DNA of 55,777 nucleotides from a virus (IMGVR_UViG_3300025280_000039:1-55777); one strand, 5' to 3'. Counted from the stretch's first letter, positions 45,145 through 54,214 are shown. Made by a program: numbers and translations. The notes: generated by a model from the letters alone, not told the origin.

Positions 45145-47586
45145 CTATTCTCCTCGACCAGCGCTTCCCATCTCGCCAATCCTTTCCAAGTTAACATCGG
45201 CCCTGAGCAGGGCAATATCCTCCTGCGAATCCATCTTCTCGCGGGTCAAGTCCTGACGTTCTGCCTCGCGTTGTTCCTCAAACGCTTGCTTAGAAGAAAA
45301 CTCATCGGCTTTACGCTGCATGTCCAAAGCCTTAATGTCGAGCTCCTTATCACGTAACTGCACAAGCGGGTCAATCTCGCCGGCAGGCGGCGGCAGCAAT
45401 ACGGCCATAACCTCTTCGGTGTATTGCGCGATGTACTGCGCAACCTTGGCCTCCACGTCCACCTGCATTTGCTGCTGGGCCTCCTGCGGAGAAATCTGCC
45501 CCGTAGCCTGCATCTGTTGCATCTGCTGAGCTTGCTGCATCATCTCGGCTTGCGCAACTCCTCTGGCCTTAAACGCAATATGCTCGCACAAATGCGCCTG
45601 TAGTAACGCAAAAATAGCGGGTGTAGCAGCAGGCGTTGGCGTCTTCATAAACATAAGGTGAGCGGCTATGTGCGCGTCATGATCCTGCGTCGGAAACGCC
45701 TGTAATGTCTCCTGAATGATGGATTTAGCATTCTCTATCGCCGGATCGGTGGGCTGCGGAGGTGTCGGTGTCGGTAAAACACCCTCGATGTTCGGAACGC
45801 CAATGGCTTCATAAATACGCCGGTAAGCCTCATACAAATTGTGCATTTGCGGGTTGGTCTGAGCCAACTGCAACTGCGTCTGCGCAAGTGCCAACCTTTG
45901 CGACATCGAGAAGATGTTGGGGTCGCTGACAGGCATGATATCGATACGATCGTCAAAATCAGCCTGTTTTATCAGCGTCTCAGCACCCCATACGTTGTAG
46001 GGGTACATGGGCGGCAAAGATTCGGCAAATACTTTGGCCAACATCTGAAATTCAAGCTTTTGAGCGTAATGCAACCGCTTATGGACCGCCGACATCACCT
46101 TAGAACCGCGCTCGAGGAGTGCCACCGTGGTCCCAACCGCCGCCTGCTGGTTGCCATCGCCTACCTGCAAGTCCGCAATGGCCGCAAACCGCTGGCCAGC
46201 AGCAACTACAAAGCCCAAAAGCTGCATTAAGGTCTGAGACGGCTCCTTATACGGCAACGGGAGGATACTTTGACTGAGAACTCCACCAGGAACGTCAATA
46301 TCACGAAATTCACCAGGAGAAAGAGGTACATCAGCATCACGAATGCGGATGCCGCGAGCTTTGAAGCCAGCAGGAAGATTTGCCAAGGTGCCTGCATCAA
46401 TAAGTTGCCTCAAAATGGAGGTTGCGGAACGCCCCAACCCCCCAATCATGTGCAAAAGGCCAAAACCGTAAAATCCAAGCCCCGGGAGGAACTTGTAATG
46501 AGTGAAATAAGGGATTTTGCGGAAAAGATCGTCACCTTCACGCCAATTTCGCCGGATAGAGAGGATTTTCGAGCTTCCTTCGTCCATTGTGACGATATAT
46601 GGCAGCTTTATGCCCGTCGGCTCGCCATCGATAGGGTGCATATGCTCAAAACCAGGTAGATCCAGGTCCGTATGCACCTCTAAAAGCGTACAATCCTTGT
46701 CATCTGTGGTTTTTTGAATACCGGACAGCTCTCTTTCCTTGTCCCTGACCTCATCGTCCTCGTCATACGGCACCAATTCCACTTCCCGGTAGAACATACC
46801 GGCCTGAAACTTACGAACATCGTTCTCCGACATGCGAATTACATGCGTAATCCGGGCCGCGGAGTTCAAATCGGTCGCGTTATAAGGAACCACCAGGTCG
46901 TCCGCCGGCACAAACCGTGCCACCGCCCGGTCCAAAAGGTCATCGAAGTAGATTTTCTTGAAAGCACTCCCGGCTAACGGCAAATAAAACAACAACCGAT
47001 CAGTCTCAGGGTCGAATTCATCCATCACATGGATGATCTGGTAGTTCATGAACTCCTTGACGCGCTCGGACTGAGCCTCAGTCTCAGGAGTGGAAACCCC
47101 TATAATCTGTGTGCGCACCGGCCCTGAACTGGGCAAAAGCTCCTTGTAGGCTTGTGCCTGGAACTGGGTGACCGCCTCAGCAATCAACGGGTGGGTAACA
47201 CCGCTCGAACCCCTGAACGGCTCTTCACGCTCCTCATACTTAATGCCTAGCAACCCTAGACCATTTACATAGGCGTCTTCCCAGTCATCACGACTGGCAC
47301 GATCGTCCTTATACAAACCAAGCAGATCGTTGGCAATCCTCATGAGCTCCCGCTCATCGAGAACCTCCGCCAGATTGGCGTCAGGCTCAGCCTGGAGCTG
47401 CTCCTGCATCTGCTTTTCAAAATTCAAAACAACAGAGCCGTCTTCCTCCTCAATCATCCCGGTCGGCTCTTCTATCTGCTCAACCTCGATGTCCTCCTCC
47501 GTCATGCCACCAAGAGGCATTCCCTGAGCAGGCATGATTTCGTCTACAAGAGAGGGTCTTCCATTAGCCATTACATCACCACTCAA
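45145..47586 (-). CDS. portal protein
   Basis: HPLIAEAVTQFQAQAYKELLP..GPV, LPLAGSAFKK, LPGLGFYGFGL, LIDAGTLANLPAGFK; start may be MANGRP at 47571. Confidence 0.9.
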   Translation of the reverse strand: MSGDVMANGRPSLVDEIMPAQGMPLGGMTEEDIEVEQIEEPTGMIEEEDGSVVLNFEKQMQEQLQAEPDANLAEVLDERELMRIANDLLGLYKDDRASRDDWEDAYVNGLGLLGIKYEEREEPFRGSSGVTHPLIAEAVTQFQAQAYKELLPSSGPVRTQIIGVSTPETEAQSERVKEFMNYQIIHVMDEFDPETDRLLFYLPLAGSAFKKIYFDDLLDRAVARFVPADDLVVPYNATDLNSAARITHVIRMSENDVRKFQAGMFYREVELVPYDEDDEVRDKERELSGIQKTTDDKDCTLLEVHTDLDLPGFEHMHPIDGEPTGIKLPYIVTMDEGSSKILSIRRNWREGDDLFRKIPYFTHYKFLPGLGFYGFGLLHMIGGLGRSATSILRQLIDAGTLANLPAGFKARGIRIRDADVPLSPGEFRDIDVPGGVLSQSILPLPYKEPSQTLMQLLGFVVAAGQRFAAIADLQVGDGNQQAAVGTTVALLERGSKVMSAVHKRLHYAQKLEFQMLAKVFAESLPPMYPYNVWGAETLIKQADFDDRIDIMPVSDPNIFSMSQRLALAQTQLQLAQTNPQMHNLYEAYRRIYEAIGVPNIEGVLPTPTPPQPTDPAIENAKSIIQETLQAFPTQDHDAHIAAHLMFMKTPTPAATPAIFALLQAHLCEHIAFKARGVAQAEMMQQAQQMQQMQATGQISPQEAQQQMQVDVEAKVAQYIAQYTEEVMAVLLPPPAGEIDPLVQLRDKELDIKALDMQRKADEFSSKQAFEEQREAERQDLTREKMDSQEDIALLRADVNLERIGEMGSAGRGE

Positions 47587-47933
47587 TAGTTAACTTGCAG
47601 TTCACCACTTACACCGGCGTCATCAGATCCGTTGACCGACCATATCTTAATAGTGATCTTGGTTTCTCCAAAATTGGTTTTTATGTCAAATGTCTCAGAC
47701 TGCCCGGTGGGAATATCATCGTACTCCTTCTTCCACCCCTGGCTCGAGGATACCTTGATGTTCCAATCATACCCGGCGGGACTCGTGATGGTACCAGTAA
47801 CCTTGATAGTGGTCCCCACGGTCGGATAGGTTTTGTCGTCTTCCCATTCTCCCGTGGAATCCAATGTGAATTTCATGCTGTCAGAAGAACCTAGCAACCC
47901 ATCAGGCAACTCGTCCCACCACATAATCGTCAT
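47583..47933 (-). CDS. hypothetical beta-rich protein
   Basis: 116 aa, coupled to neighbours. Confidence 0.55.
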   Translation of the reverse strand: MTIMWWDELPDGLLGSSDSMKFTLDSTGEWEDDKTYPTVGTTIKVTGTITSPAGYDWNIKVSSSQGWKKEYDDIPTGQSETFDIKTNFGETKITIKIWSVNGSDDAGVSGELQVNY

Positions 47934-48334
47934 TTAGTAATTCCCTTGTACTTCTCCCAGCTCCTCAAACCCCCAAGACCCAACATCCCCAAAAGTACCG
48001 GCATCATCGCCCCTAAGTCCACGGGGGGAAGGTCCACGTACACCCCCCGCTGAACCAGAACAAATGTCAACACGGGCTGAGCCAGATAAGTATAAAACAA
48101 CGCCAACCCACACGACCATCCTATAAATGGCCGCCAGCCGGCTATAAAGATATTGCGATGAGCCGCTTCCTGCTGGTTAACCTGTATCTGCGCAAGATCG
48201 ATATTTGCAAGATGATCGGATAACCGCGCCTCAATCTCCCGCTGCGCTTTCGCCTTCTCTTCCTTGTTCGGAAAAAACCGGTCGAGTACATCCCCCACAA
48301 TCGGCAATAACCCAGGAAGTATGGCCCCCAGCAT
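47930..48334 (-). CDS. 3TM holin family protein
   Basis: AQIQVNQQEAAH...AGWRPFIGW...LLGMLGLGGLRSWEK. Confidence 0.85.
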   Translation of the reverse strand: MLGAILPGLLPIVGDVLDRFFPNKEEKAKAQREIEARLSDHLANIDLAQIQVNQQEAAHRNIFIAGWRPFIGWSCGLALFYTYLAQPVLTFVLVQRGVYVDLPPVDLGAMMPVLLGMLGLGGLRSWEKYKGITK

Positions 48335-48495
48335 TATTTCTTGCCCCGCTCTCTAACCAACATGGCAACACCAGCCACCGCAATCCCTACAAAAATAACC
48401 AACTCAACCTGACTGATAACACCAACCCCTACCAGGGCACAACCAACCCCGGCCCAAGTGGAAGGCTCGCACAACCTCTGTCCCATCCATTCCAT
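48334..48495 (-). CDS. small two-TM membrane protein (53 aa, holin-like; not in ORF track)
   Basis: MEWMGQRLCEPSTWAGVGCALVGVGVISQVELVIFVGIAVAGVAMLVRERGKK; GGGGG SD; TAATG coupling. Confidence 0.6.
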   Translation of the reverse strand: MEWMGQRLCEPSTWAGVGCALVGVGVISQVELVIFVGIAVAGVAMLVRERGKK

Positions 48496-48507
48496 TGCTA
48501 TTTCCCC

Positions 48508-50007
48508 CTAATAATAAACACGCGGCCTTAAATCATAAAAAGGCTCCACATCTTCCTCATCAGTGTCAAGTCGTAGAAACCCGCCTTTACGATACCTTAT
48601 TAAAGCCATGCTCATCGAATCACAGTAATCGTCATAATCCCCATTGGGAAAAGCCGCACACTCGTCAATCACTTCCTCAGAAAAACGCTTCTGCGGAGCC
48701 CATACCTTCCCGCTCTCGAAAATAGGAGCCACCATGTGCATCCGCGTGTGCTTGTCCTTCCCCTTGGATGGAGTGTAGTTCACAACCGGTATGCCTATGT
48801 TCCGCAGCTCATCAGTCAACGGCGTACCCGTCGCCTTGGCCTCAATCAATACCATGTCCGGCTCCCAATACTTATACTCCTCGAGCGCCTTGGCCTTCAA
48901 CTCAGGAAAATCCCAACGACCACGCTGCGCATCCATCAAAATAAGACTGTCAGGACCATACTCGTTAGGCTTGAATACCCCCCACGTCGTAATGGCCGAA
49001 TAATCCGCCGTCTCCTTCTTCGAAAACGCCGTATCGTAACTCTGCATGATGTAACTGACCGCCGGCGCCTCCTCCTTCTCCCACTTGTTCCACCACTCCT
49101 TCTTTATAATCGCCCCCTCTTCAGCCGTGGGATTCTGCTGCCACTGCGCATTCCACTTGCTAAGCGATAACGACGCCTTGACCTTGAGCAACTCGTCCTT
49201 GTTCCAAAACTCAGGCCAAAGAATAGAACCACTAGGCAGTATCGCCGGGAACTCCACCAAGTCCCACTGGTCCGCCATTACATCCGTCGCCTGCGCCCTA
49301 ACCAACTTCCCAGTCAAATCCTTCAACGACCACCGGGTCATTACTATAACTATCGATCCCCCCGGCTGTAATCTCTGACGCGGTCCAGACGTGTACCACT
49401 CGTACGCATGCTCCATGGCCGTCTCAGAAAGTGCATCCTGCTCCGAATGCGGATCATCAATGATGAGCAAATCAGCACCACGACCAGTAATCGCGCCTCC
49501 AACACCAGCCGCATAATATTCACCCCCCTGCGCAGTCTCCCACCGACCAGCAGCCTTAGAATCGGCACGTAAATCGACATCCGGAAATACCTCTCTGTAC
49601 TCCTTCATCTCCATCAGATTCCTCACCTTACGACCAAACCTAACCGCTAACTCAGCCGTGTGAGTAGTCTGAATAATCTTTAACTCGGGATTCTTACCTA
49701 TCAACCACGCCGGCAACAGATAACTCGCAAACTCACTCTTAGTATGCCTCGGCGGCATGTTCACAATTAACCGTGAACCATGATCCACCGCCAATTTCTC
49801 AAAACACTTCGCTACCTGTATGTGATGCGACCCCTGTATAAATCCAGGATATACATGCCTGACAAATGTCAAAAAATCACTCTGACGCTTGTCCCGCTTG
49901 CTAAGCGTGCGCTTCGCTTCCTCCAAAACAAGTACTTCACGAACAACCTCGTCAGGCGCATTCAGCACAAATAACTCCAGGCTCCCAGCCATGAGACCAC
50001 GGACCAA
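48508..50007 (-). CDS. terL: terminase large subunit
   Basis: NMPPRHTKSE, TGRGADLLIIDDP, VMTRW, SYDTA...ADYSA, FPNGDYDDYCDS. Confidence 0.93.
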   Translation of the reverse strand: MVRGLMAGSLELFVLNAPDEVVREVLVLEEAKRTLSKRDKRQSDFLTFVRHVYPGFIQGSHHIQVAKCFEKLAVDHGSRLIVNMPPRHTKSEFASYLLPAWLIGKNPELKIIQTTHTAELAVRFGRKVRNLMEMKEYREVFPDVDLRADSKAAGRWETAQGGEYYAAGVGGAITGRGADLLIIDDPHSEQDALSETAMEHAYEWYTSGPRQRLQPGGSIVIVMTRWSLKDLTGKLVRAQATDVMADQWDLVEFPAILPSGSILWPEFWNKDELLKVKASLSLSKWNAQWQQNPTAEEGAIIKKEWWNKWEKEEAPAVSYIMQSYDTAFSKKETADYSAITTWGVFKPNEYGPDSLILMDAQRGRWDFPELKAKALEEYKYWEPDMVLIEAKATGTPLTDELRNIGIPVVNYTPSKGKDKHTRMHMVAPIFESGKVWAPQKRFSEEVIDECAAFPNGDYDDYCDSMSMALIRYRKGGFLRLDTDEEDVEPFYDLRPRVYY

Positions 50008-50139
50008 TGATAAGTGCTTGTGATCGTTTGTTCAAAACCCTTCGGCTACACCACTACCCGAAGGAGGCCCGGGCCATGCTGCGATCGAGGTGGTTTCTGA
50101 TCGATTCACTTTGTTGTCGATCGGTGTAAGTACCTAGGG

Positions 50140-50260
50140 TAGTGAGTACTTACTAACATCGATGCTCCCGACATAGATCTGGGTTAGTGAGTACTTACTA
50201 ACATCGATGCGCGCAAGGTCGACTCAAGCGGGGTTAGTGAGTACTTACTAACATCGATGC
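50140..50260. repeat. three 26-bp direct repeats with near-palindromic core
   Basis: TAGTGAGTACTTACTAACATCGATGC at 50140, 50185, 50235. Confidence 0.9.
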
Positions 50261-50312
50261 GCGCTCGAACCAATGGCGAAAGCATGTTGTTTCTACCCTA
50301 ACATGGACGCTG

Positions 50313-50401
50313 TAAGTTGTTGATATCTCTACTGTTTTTCTTGAGAAAACTGTCAGAAAAGAAGAAACTGAGTCGAAAAAAGTACCTGTAAGTCGTTGAT
50401 A
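50313..50401 (-). promoter_or_regulatory. two IHF-consensus sites within an imperfect direct repeat
   Basis: Minus strand TATCAACAACTTA (50313-50325) and TATCAACGACTTA (50389-50401) match WATCAANNNNTTR. Confidence 0.55.
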
Positions 50402-50422
50402 TATCTACTGTTTTATCAGTTA

Positions 50423-50452
50423 TTGACACCATATGGTAAATCATGGTCTAAT
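50423..50452 (+). promoter_or_regulatory. sigma70-like promoter for ardC operon
   Basis: TTGACA-18 nt-TCTAAT with TG extension. Confidence 0.55.
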
Positions 50453-50751
50453 CTACCTACAGACACGGCAAAAGGAAAACTTATAGAACAGCTCACGCGC
50501 GACACCCCCAGGGGTCCAGACCCTGACATTAAAAGACCTGGCGACACTTGATAACTCTGATCCTTGTTATAGGGGTAAGACCTGACCAAGATGACGAAGC
50601 CCTCCCAGAGAATCTAGCGAGAATGGCGCTGAAGTCTAAGGTAGCTACTCGGGAATTAATCAACTTATGCATGGCAAGCTTGTCAGCCATAACGTCTTCT
50701 CGGGCGCTATGGCTGACATGTTTGTCAGGTACACAAGCAAGGGGATAGCAA

Positions 50752-51687
50752 ATGAAGAAACGCAAAGATGTGCGCGCACTTGTTACGGCGGCACTTATCG
50801 AGCAACTAGCCGCCGGCACAAAACCTTGGTCAAAGTCGTGGAGTATCTCTGGCACTGGGTTACCCAAACGCCACACTGGCGACTTGTATCACGGGATCAA
50901 TCGGCTGCTACTTATGATGCTAGGTTACGATAACCCATATTTTATGACGTTCAATCAAGCTGCAATATTGTCTGGAATGACAAAAGATAAGGGTTGCAAT
51001 TGGATACGCGAAAACGGTAAAGGTGTTAGGTCAGGTGAGAAATCACCTGCTCACGTTGTCTACTCTGCACAGAAAACGGTCCGCGACTATGACAGCGATG
51101 CGCCAGACGCCAAGAAAGAAGTCTACTTATACTGTCAAAGTGCGGTTTTCAACGCTTCGCAGATCGACGGTTTGCCAGATCGATATTATCCAGCAACTAT
51201 CGAGATCGATGCTAACAAGACACTGGAACATCACACTGCAGCGGACGCACTAGTCAAAGCAATGGAAGATGAAGCTCCTATTGAATATCAAGGTGACAGT
51301 GCATTCTACGCACCAAGTCGAGACACAATTCGATGTCCAGTGCCACAAGCTTTCGAAAGCATGGACGCATTCTACGCAACCCTGTTACACGAGGGTGTGC
51401 ACCGTACTGGCCACAAGTCTCGGCTAGATCGGACACACGACTACTCTGAGAAAACTGGCAGAGCTCGAGAGGAGTTAGTGGCCGAAATTGGTGCAGCGAT
51501 GTTGTGCTGTGCAATTGGACTCAGCGATAAGCCTAGAGAAGACCATGCGAGTTATATCCATAGTTGGATCCAGTTATTGGAAAATGACAAGAATGCGATC
51601 TTCTCAGCCGCGAAACAAGCCGATAGCGCTATGGCCTACATGCTGGATCAAGCAAACCAGTTTCACGGACGTGTCATAGCGGCGTAA
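50752..51687 (+). CDS. ardC: ArdC-like anti-restriction protein (ssDNA-binding plus zincin-like domain)
   Basis: KPWSKSW...YHGINRLLL...FMTFNQA...GVRSGEK...VFNASQIDGL...AFYAPSRDTI...LLHEGVHRTGH..RLDR...REELVAEIGAA. Confidence 0.9.
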   Translation: MKKRKDVRALVTAALIEQLAAGTKPWSKSWSISGTGLPKRHTGDLYHGINRLLLMMLGYDNPYFMTFNQAAILSGMTKDKGCNWIRENGKGVRSGEKSPAHVVYSAQKTVRDYDSDAPDAKKEVYLYCQSAVFNASQIDGLPDRYYPATIEIDANKTLEHHTAADALVKAMEDEAPIEYQGDSAFYAPSRDTIRCPVPQAFESMDAFYATLLHEGVHRTGHKSRLDRTHDYSEKTGRAREELVAEIGAAMLCCAIGLSDKPREDHASYIHSWIQLLENDKNAIFSAAKQADSAMAYMLDQANQFHGRVIAA

Positions 51688-51748
51688 TCCTACTGATGAC
51701 CTGGGATGGTAACCCAGCGAAACCAGCCGCATAGCGGCTGGTATAGGA
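51688..51748 (+). ncRNA. type I hammerhead ribozyme motif 1
   Basis: TCCTA-CTGATGA-C-CTGGG/CCCAG-C-GAAA-CCAGCCGC(ATA)GCGGCTGG-TA-TAGGA; GUA triplet, predicted cut after 51743; lacks canonical G10.1. Confidence 0.7.
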
Positions 51749-51770
51749 AAACCAAAAGGGGAGTAGAAGC

Positions 51771-51950
51771 ATGAAACCCAAGAAGCGCAAGCCTGGTGCC
51801 TGGTGCCTGGTGCCTAGTGATAGCCAGTTGAATGAGGAAGAAATAGACGCGATCGTAGAGCTCTACCGAGATCGATTTAACGGACAATGGAATAACTCTA
51901 CTGAGCTCAGAATTCTATGCATGAATGCATACGAACGGCAATTGGATTAA
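51771..51950 (+). CDS. small hypothetical protein (59 aa) between the two hammerheads
   Basis: MKPKKRKPGAWCLVPSDSQLNEEEIDAIVELYRDRFNGQWNNSTELRILCMNAYERQLD; GGGGAG SD. Confidence 0.55.
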   Translation: MKPKKRKPGAWCLVPSDSQLNEEEIDAIVELYRDRFNGQWNNSTELRILCMNAYERQLD

Positions 51951-51953
51951 TCG

Positions 51954-52017
51954 TTCCTACTGACGAGCCTGGGATGGTGACCCAGCGAAACCAGCCGCTA
52001 TGCGGCTGGTATAGGAA
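51954..52017 (+). ncRNA. type I hammerhead ribozyme motif 2
   Basis: TTCCTA-CTGACGA-GC-CTGGG/CCCAG-C-GAAA-CCAGCCGC(TAT)GCGGCTGG-TA-TAGGAA; full core; predicted cut after 52011. Confidence 0.85.
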
Positions 52018-52043
52018 AACCAACCAAGAAAGGATAGAGACAG

Positions 52044-52379
52044 ATGCTTATACCGAAACTGACAATCGAATGGGTAGAGTCGAGGACAGCGAACAAGTCT
52101 GCGAGTATCCACTACGAAAACACTGTGGCTATGAAGAAAGTATCTGAGCACCAACCCAAGATTCTGGGATGGATTGCGCCACGGGAAACGGACTTGATGA
52201 GCCGGTGGGGATTCGGCGAAGTAAAGGAATTCTCACGGAAAACTCTCAATACGAAGAGTGTCAAACCTAACTTGCAGAATCAATTAGCGATCGGCGCGGT
52301 AACATCACAAGAGTTTGACGGATTTTGGAACACCAGCATTATTCCCGCGCGCTACACGCTCAAGAACAGAGACGTTTAA
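52044..52379 (+). CDS. hypothetical early protein
   Basis: Preceded by ACCAACCAAGAAAGGA leader. Confidence 0.6.
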   Translation: MLIPKLTIEWVESRTANKSASIHYENTVAMKKVSEHQPKILGWIAPRETDLMSRWGFGEVKEFSRKTLNTKSVKPNLQNQLAIGAVTSQEFDGFWNTSIIPARYTLKNRDV

Positions 52380-52439
52380 CCAGCACCATTGAGGGCGAGC
52401 AATGCTCGCCCTCACCACCAACCAAGAAAGGATAAAGAC

Positions 52440-52589
52440 ATGACCAGATTTATAGACAGTCCAGAGATTATCAATCGTAAACGGTTTCATTTTCTCGGTT
52501 ACGTGCTAGCTGTAGTGCTAGCACTAATAAGCGGTTTCATCTTGTACCCATTAACCGCTTGGATCTTTGATCGCATAGGAGGATTCTAA
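52440..52589 (+). CDS. small membrane protein
   Basis: MTRFIDSPE...FLGYVLAVVLALISGFILYPL; same leader. Confidence 0.55.
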   Translation: MTRFIDSPEIINRKRFHFLGYVLAVVLALISGFILYPLTAWIFDRIGGF

Positions 52590-52590
52590 C

Positions 52591-52830
52591 GTGGCTGTTA
52601 CCATGCAACGATACCTCAAACTTGCTACCGGATATGATGGTAGCGCCTACACGATTGGCGATCGAGTGGAACTTCATCCCGGTACAGATCTTTGGATGAT
52701 GGGCGCTCGCTATGGTGAGGTAATCGGCATGAGCTTAACGCCTAACGATAGAGTGCGCGTCAAGCTTGACGCATTCCCAGATAGGAAAACTCCATTCGCT
52801 GGATCTGCGGATACCTTTAGAAAGATATAA
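52591..52830 (+). CDS. hypothetical early protein
   Basis: AGGAGG SD; IGDRVELHPGTDLWMMGARYGEV. Confidence 0.6.
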   Translation: MAVTMQRYLKLATGYDGSAYTIGDRVELHPGTDLWMMGARYGEVIGMSLTPNDRVRVKLDAFPDRKTPFAGSADTFRKI

Positions 52831-52857
52831 GCTGACCAACCAAGAAAGGAAAAAGAC

Positions 52858-52998
52858 ATGGCGAAACATAGAAATCCTAGGAAGAAGTCAAGCTTAGCGC
52901 GTAGAAGAAAAGGGAAGAAATCACAATGGTCTATGCGCTCACTCGACAAAAGCGGCACCATTGTGGAAGTAGAGATGCCATTTACTAAGCAATTGTAG
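52858..52998 (+). CDS. small basic protein (46 aa, not in ORF track)
   Basis: MAKHRNPRKKSSLARRRKGKK...; same ACCAACCAAGAAAGGA leader. Confidence 0.5.
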   Translation: MAKHRNPRKKSSLARRRKGKKSQWSMRSLDKSGTIVEVEMPFTKQL

Positions 52999-53013
52999 CC
53001 AGCCTACCAACCT

Positions 53014-53046
53014 AACGCGCCTAGGCAACTAGGCGCGTTTTATTTT
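53014..53046 (+). terminator. intrinsic terminator closing the ardC operon
   Basis: AACGCGCCTAG-GCAA-CTAGGCGCGTT then TTATTTT. Confidence 0.8.
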
Positions 53047-53347
53047 GTCTGGAGCCCAGCTGGGCTCCGGCTCGGCAACCAACGCCGGCGAGCTCGACTC
53101 GAGGTAGCTTAGCATTCACCAGGTCACGGCAGCCGCGGCGACCAATGCCGGCTTTGCCCCGACCCCGACCGTCCCGACCCCGACCGTCCCGACCCCGACC
53201 CCGATTTAAGGGTATGCTAGGGTATTGCCCCGACCGAGATCGTCGCTCACAAGGCAACTGGTGAGGTCGGATCTTGCCCCGACCCCGAAAAAAGACAAAA
53301 AAATGCCCCGACTAGCGGGGCTAAGGTAATAACGATCGATGACCGCT

Positions 53348-53575
53348 TTAAAGCATCGCTCTCAATTCTTTCTTTATGCGCCTCGCATCGTCGCCTCGAT
53401 AGGATCCGGCATTACATAGAAATCTAATAACCTGCTCCTTAGCACTCTCGTACATATAATTATCATCAATGGAACTGATCTCCCGCATAGCATCCAAGTA
53501 CGGGACAGCCGCATAATTTACCTTCTTCCAAGTACGGCGGATTTCACTTGCTATCTCATATATAGGTCTAGCCAT
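53348..53575 (-). CDS. hypothetical early protein
   Basis: MARPIYEIASEIRRTWKKVNYAAVPYLDAM...; GGAG SD. Confidence 0.65.
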   Translation of the reverse strand: MARPIYEIASEIRRTWKKVNYAAVPYLDAMREISSIDDNYMYESAKEQVIRFLCNAGSYRGDDARRIKKELRAML

Positions 53576-53589
53576 TTTAACTCCCATTG

Positions 53590-53853
53590 CTATTTGTTGC
53601 GTTGCATTGCGCGAACATTGAACTCGTCGTTGCACTCACGCTCTTTGAATATCAACTCAGCCCTCTCACCAACCGCACGGATGAAAATTCCGGCGTCGCA
53701 ATCTTCTTCTAAATAAAGGTCGACCCCATCAGTGTAGGAATACTTCGAGAAGTGTTGCGGCGTCAATTCAAAATCTTCGAGCGTTTGCCTGTTGACTTGT
53801 AACCAAGCATGCCCGGGATCGGAAAACCAAGTGCAGGTTATTTCACGTTCCAT
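53590..53853 (-). CDS. conserved hypothetical phage early protein
   Basis: SDPGHAWLQV...SKYSY...YLEEDCDAG; GGAG SD. Confidence 0.65.
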   Translation of the reverse strand: MEREITCTWFSDPGHAWLQVNRQTLEDFELTPQHFSKYSYTDGVDLYLEEDCDAGIFIRAVGERAELIFKERECNDEFNVRAMQRNK

Positions 53854-53884
53854 TTTGATTACTCCGGTTAGTTGACGAACTGCA

Positions 53885-53914
53885 ATTGTCTCATGATGCT
53901 TTACCATGGGTCAA
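53885..53914 (-). promoter_or_regulatory. sigma70-like promoter
   Basis: TTGACC-18 nt-GACAAT upstream of gene starting at 53853. Confidence 0.45.
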
Positions 53915-53920
53915 GCATTA

Positions 53921-54066
53921 CATCGGTTGGCCAGAGCTCGGGACATCGGTTGGCCGGGGTCGGGACGCCGGCTGGCCAGAGCTCGGGACACCATCTGGCC
54001 GGAAGCTCGAGACATCGGTTGGCCAGGGCTGCCGTGCCGTTCGGTTGGCCAGGGCTCGAGACATCG
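53921..54066. repeat. ~6 degenerate 22-24-bp tandem repeats
   Basis: Unit CATCGGTTGGCCAGAGCTCG(G/A)GA. Confidence 0.8.
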
Positions 54067-54214
54067 AAGCGCCGGCAATGTCTCCCCGACCCCGACCCTA
54101 GCTTGACTAGATATGGATCTCCCGACCCCGACCGACCCGACCCTAGCTTGACTATTGTATGGTTTACCATGTCGTGGTAAGATCGGATCTCGTCAACGAT
54201 CGGGGTCTAATATC

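Noticed and set aside
50140-50260. Mini-CRISPR array
   Set aside because: Only three repeats with unequal 19- and 24-nt gaps that are partly conserved; better explained as binding sites
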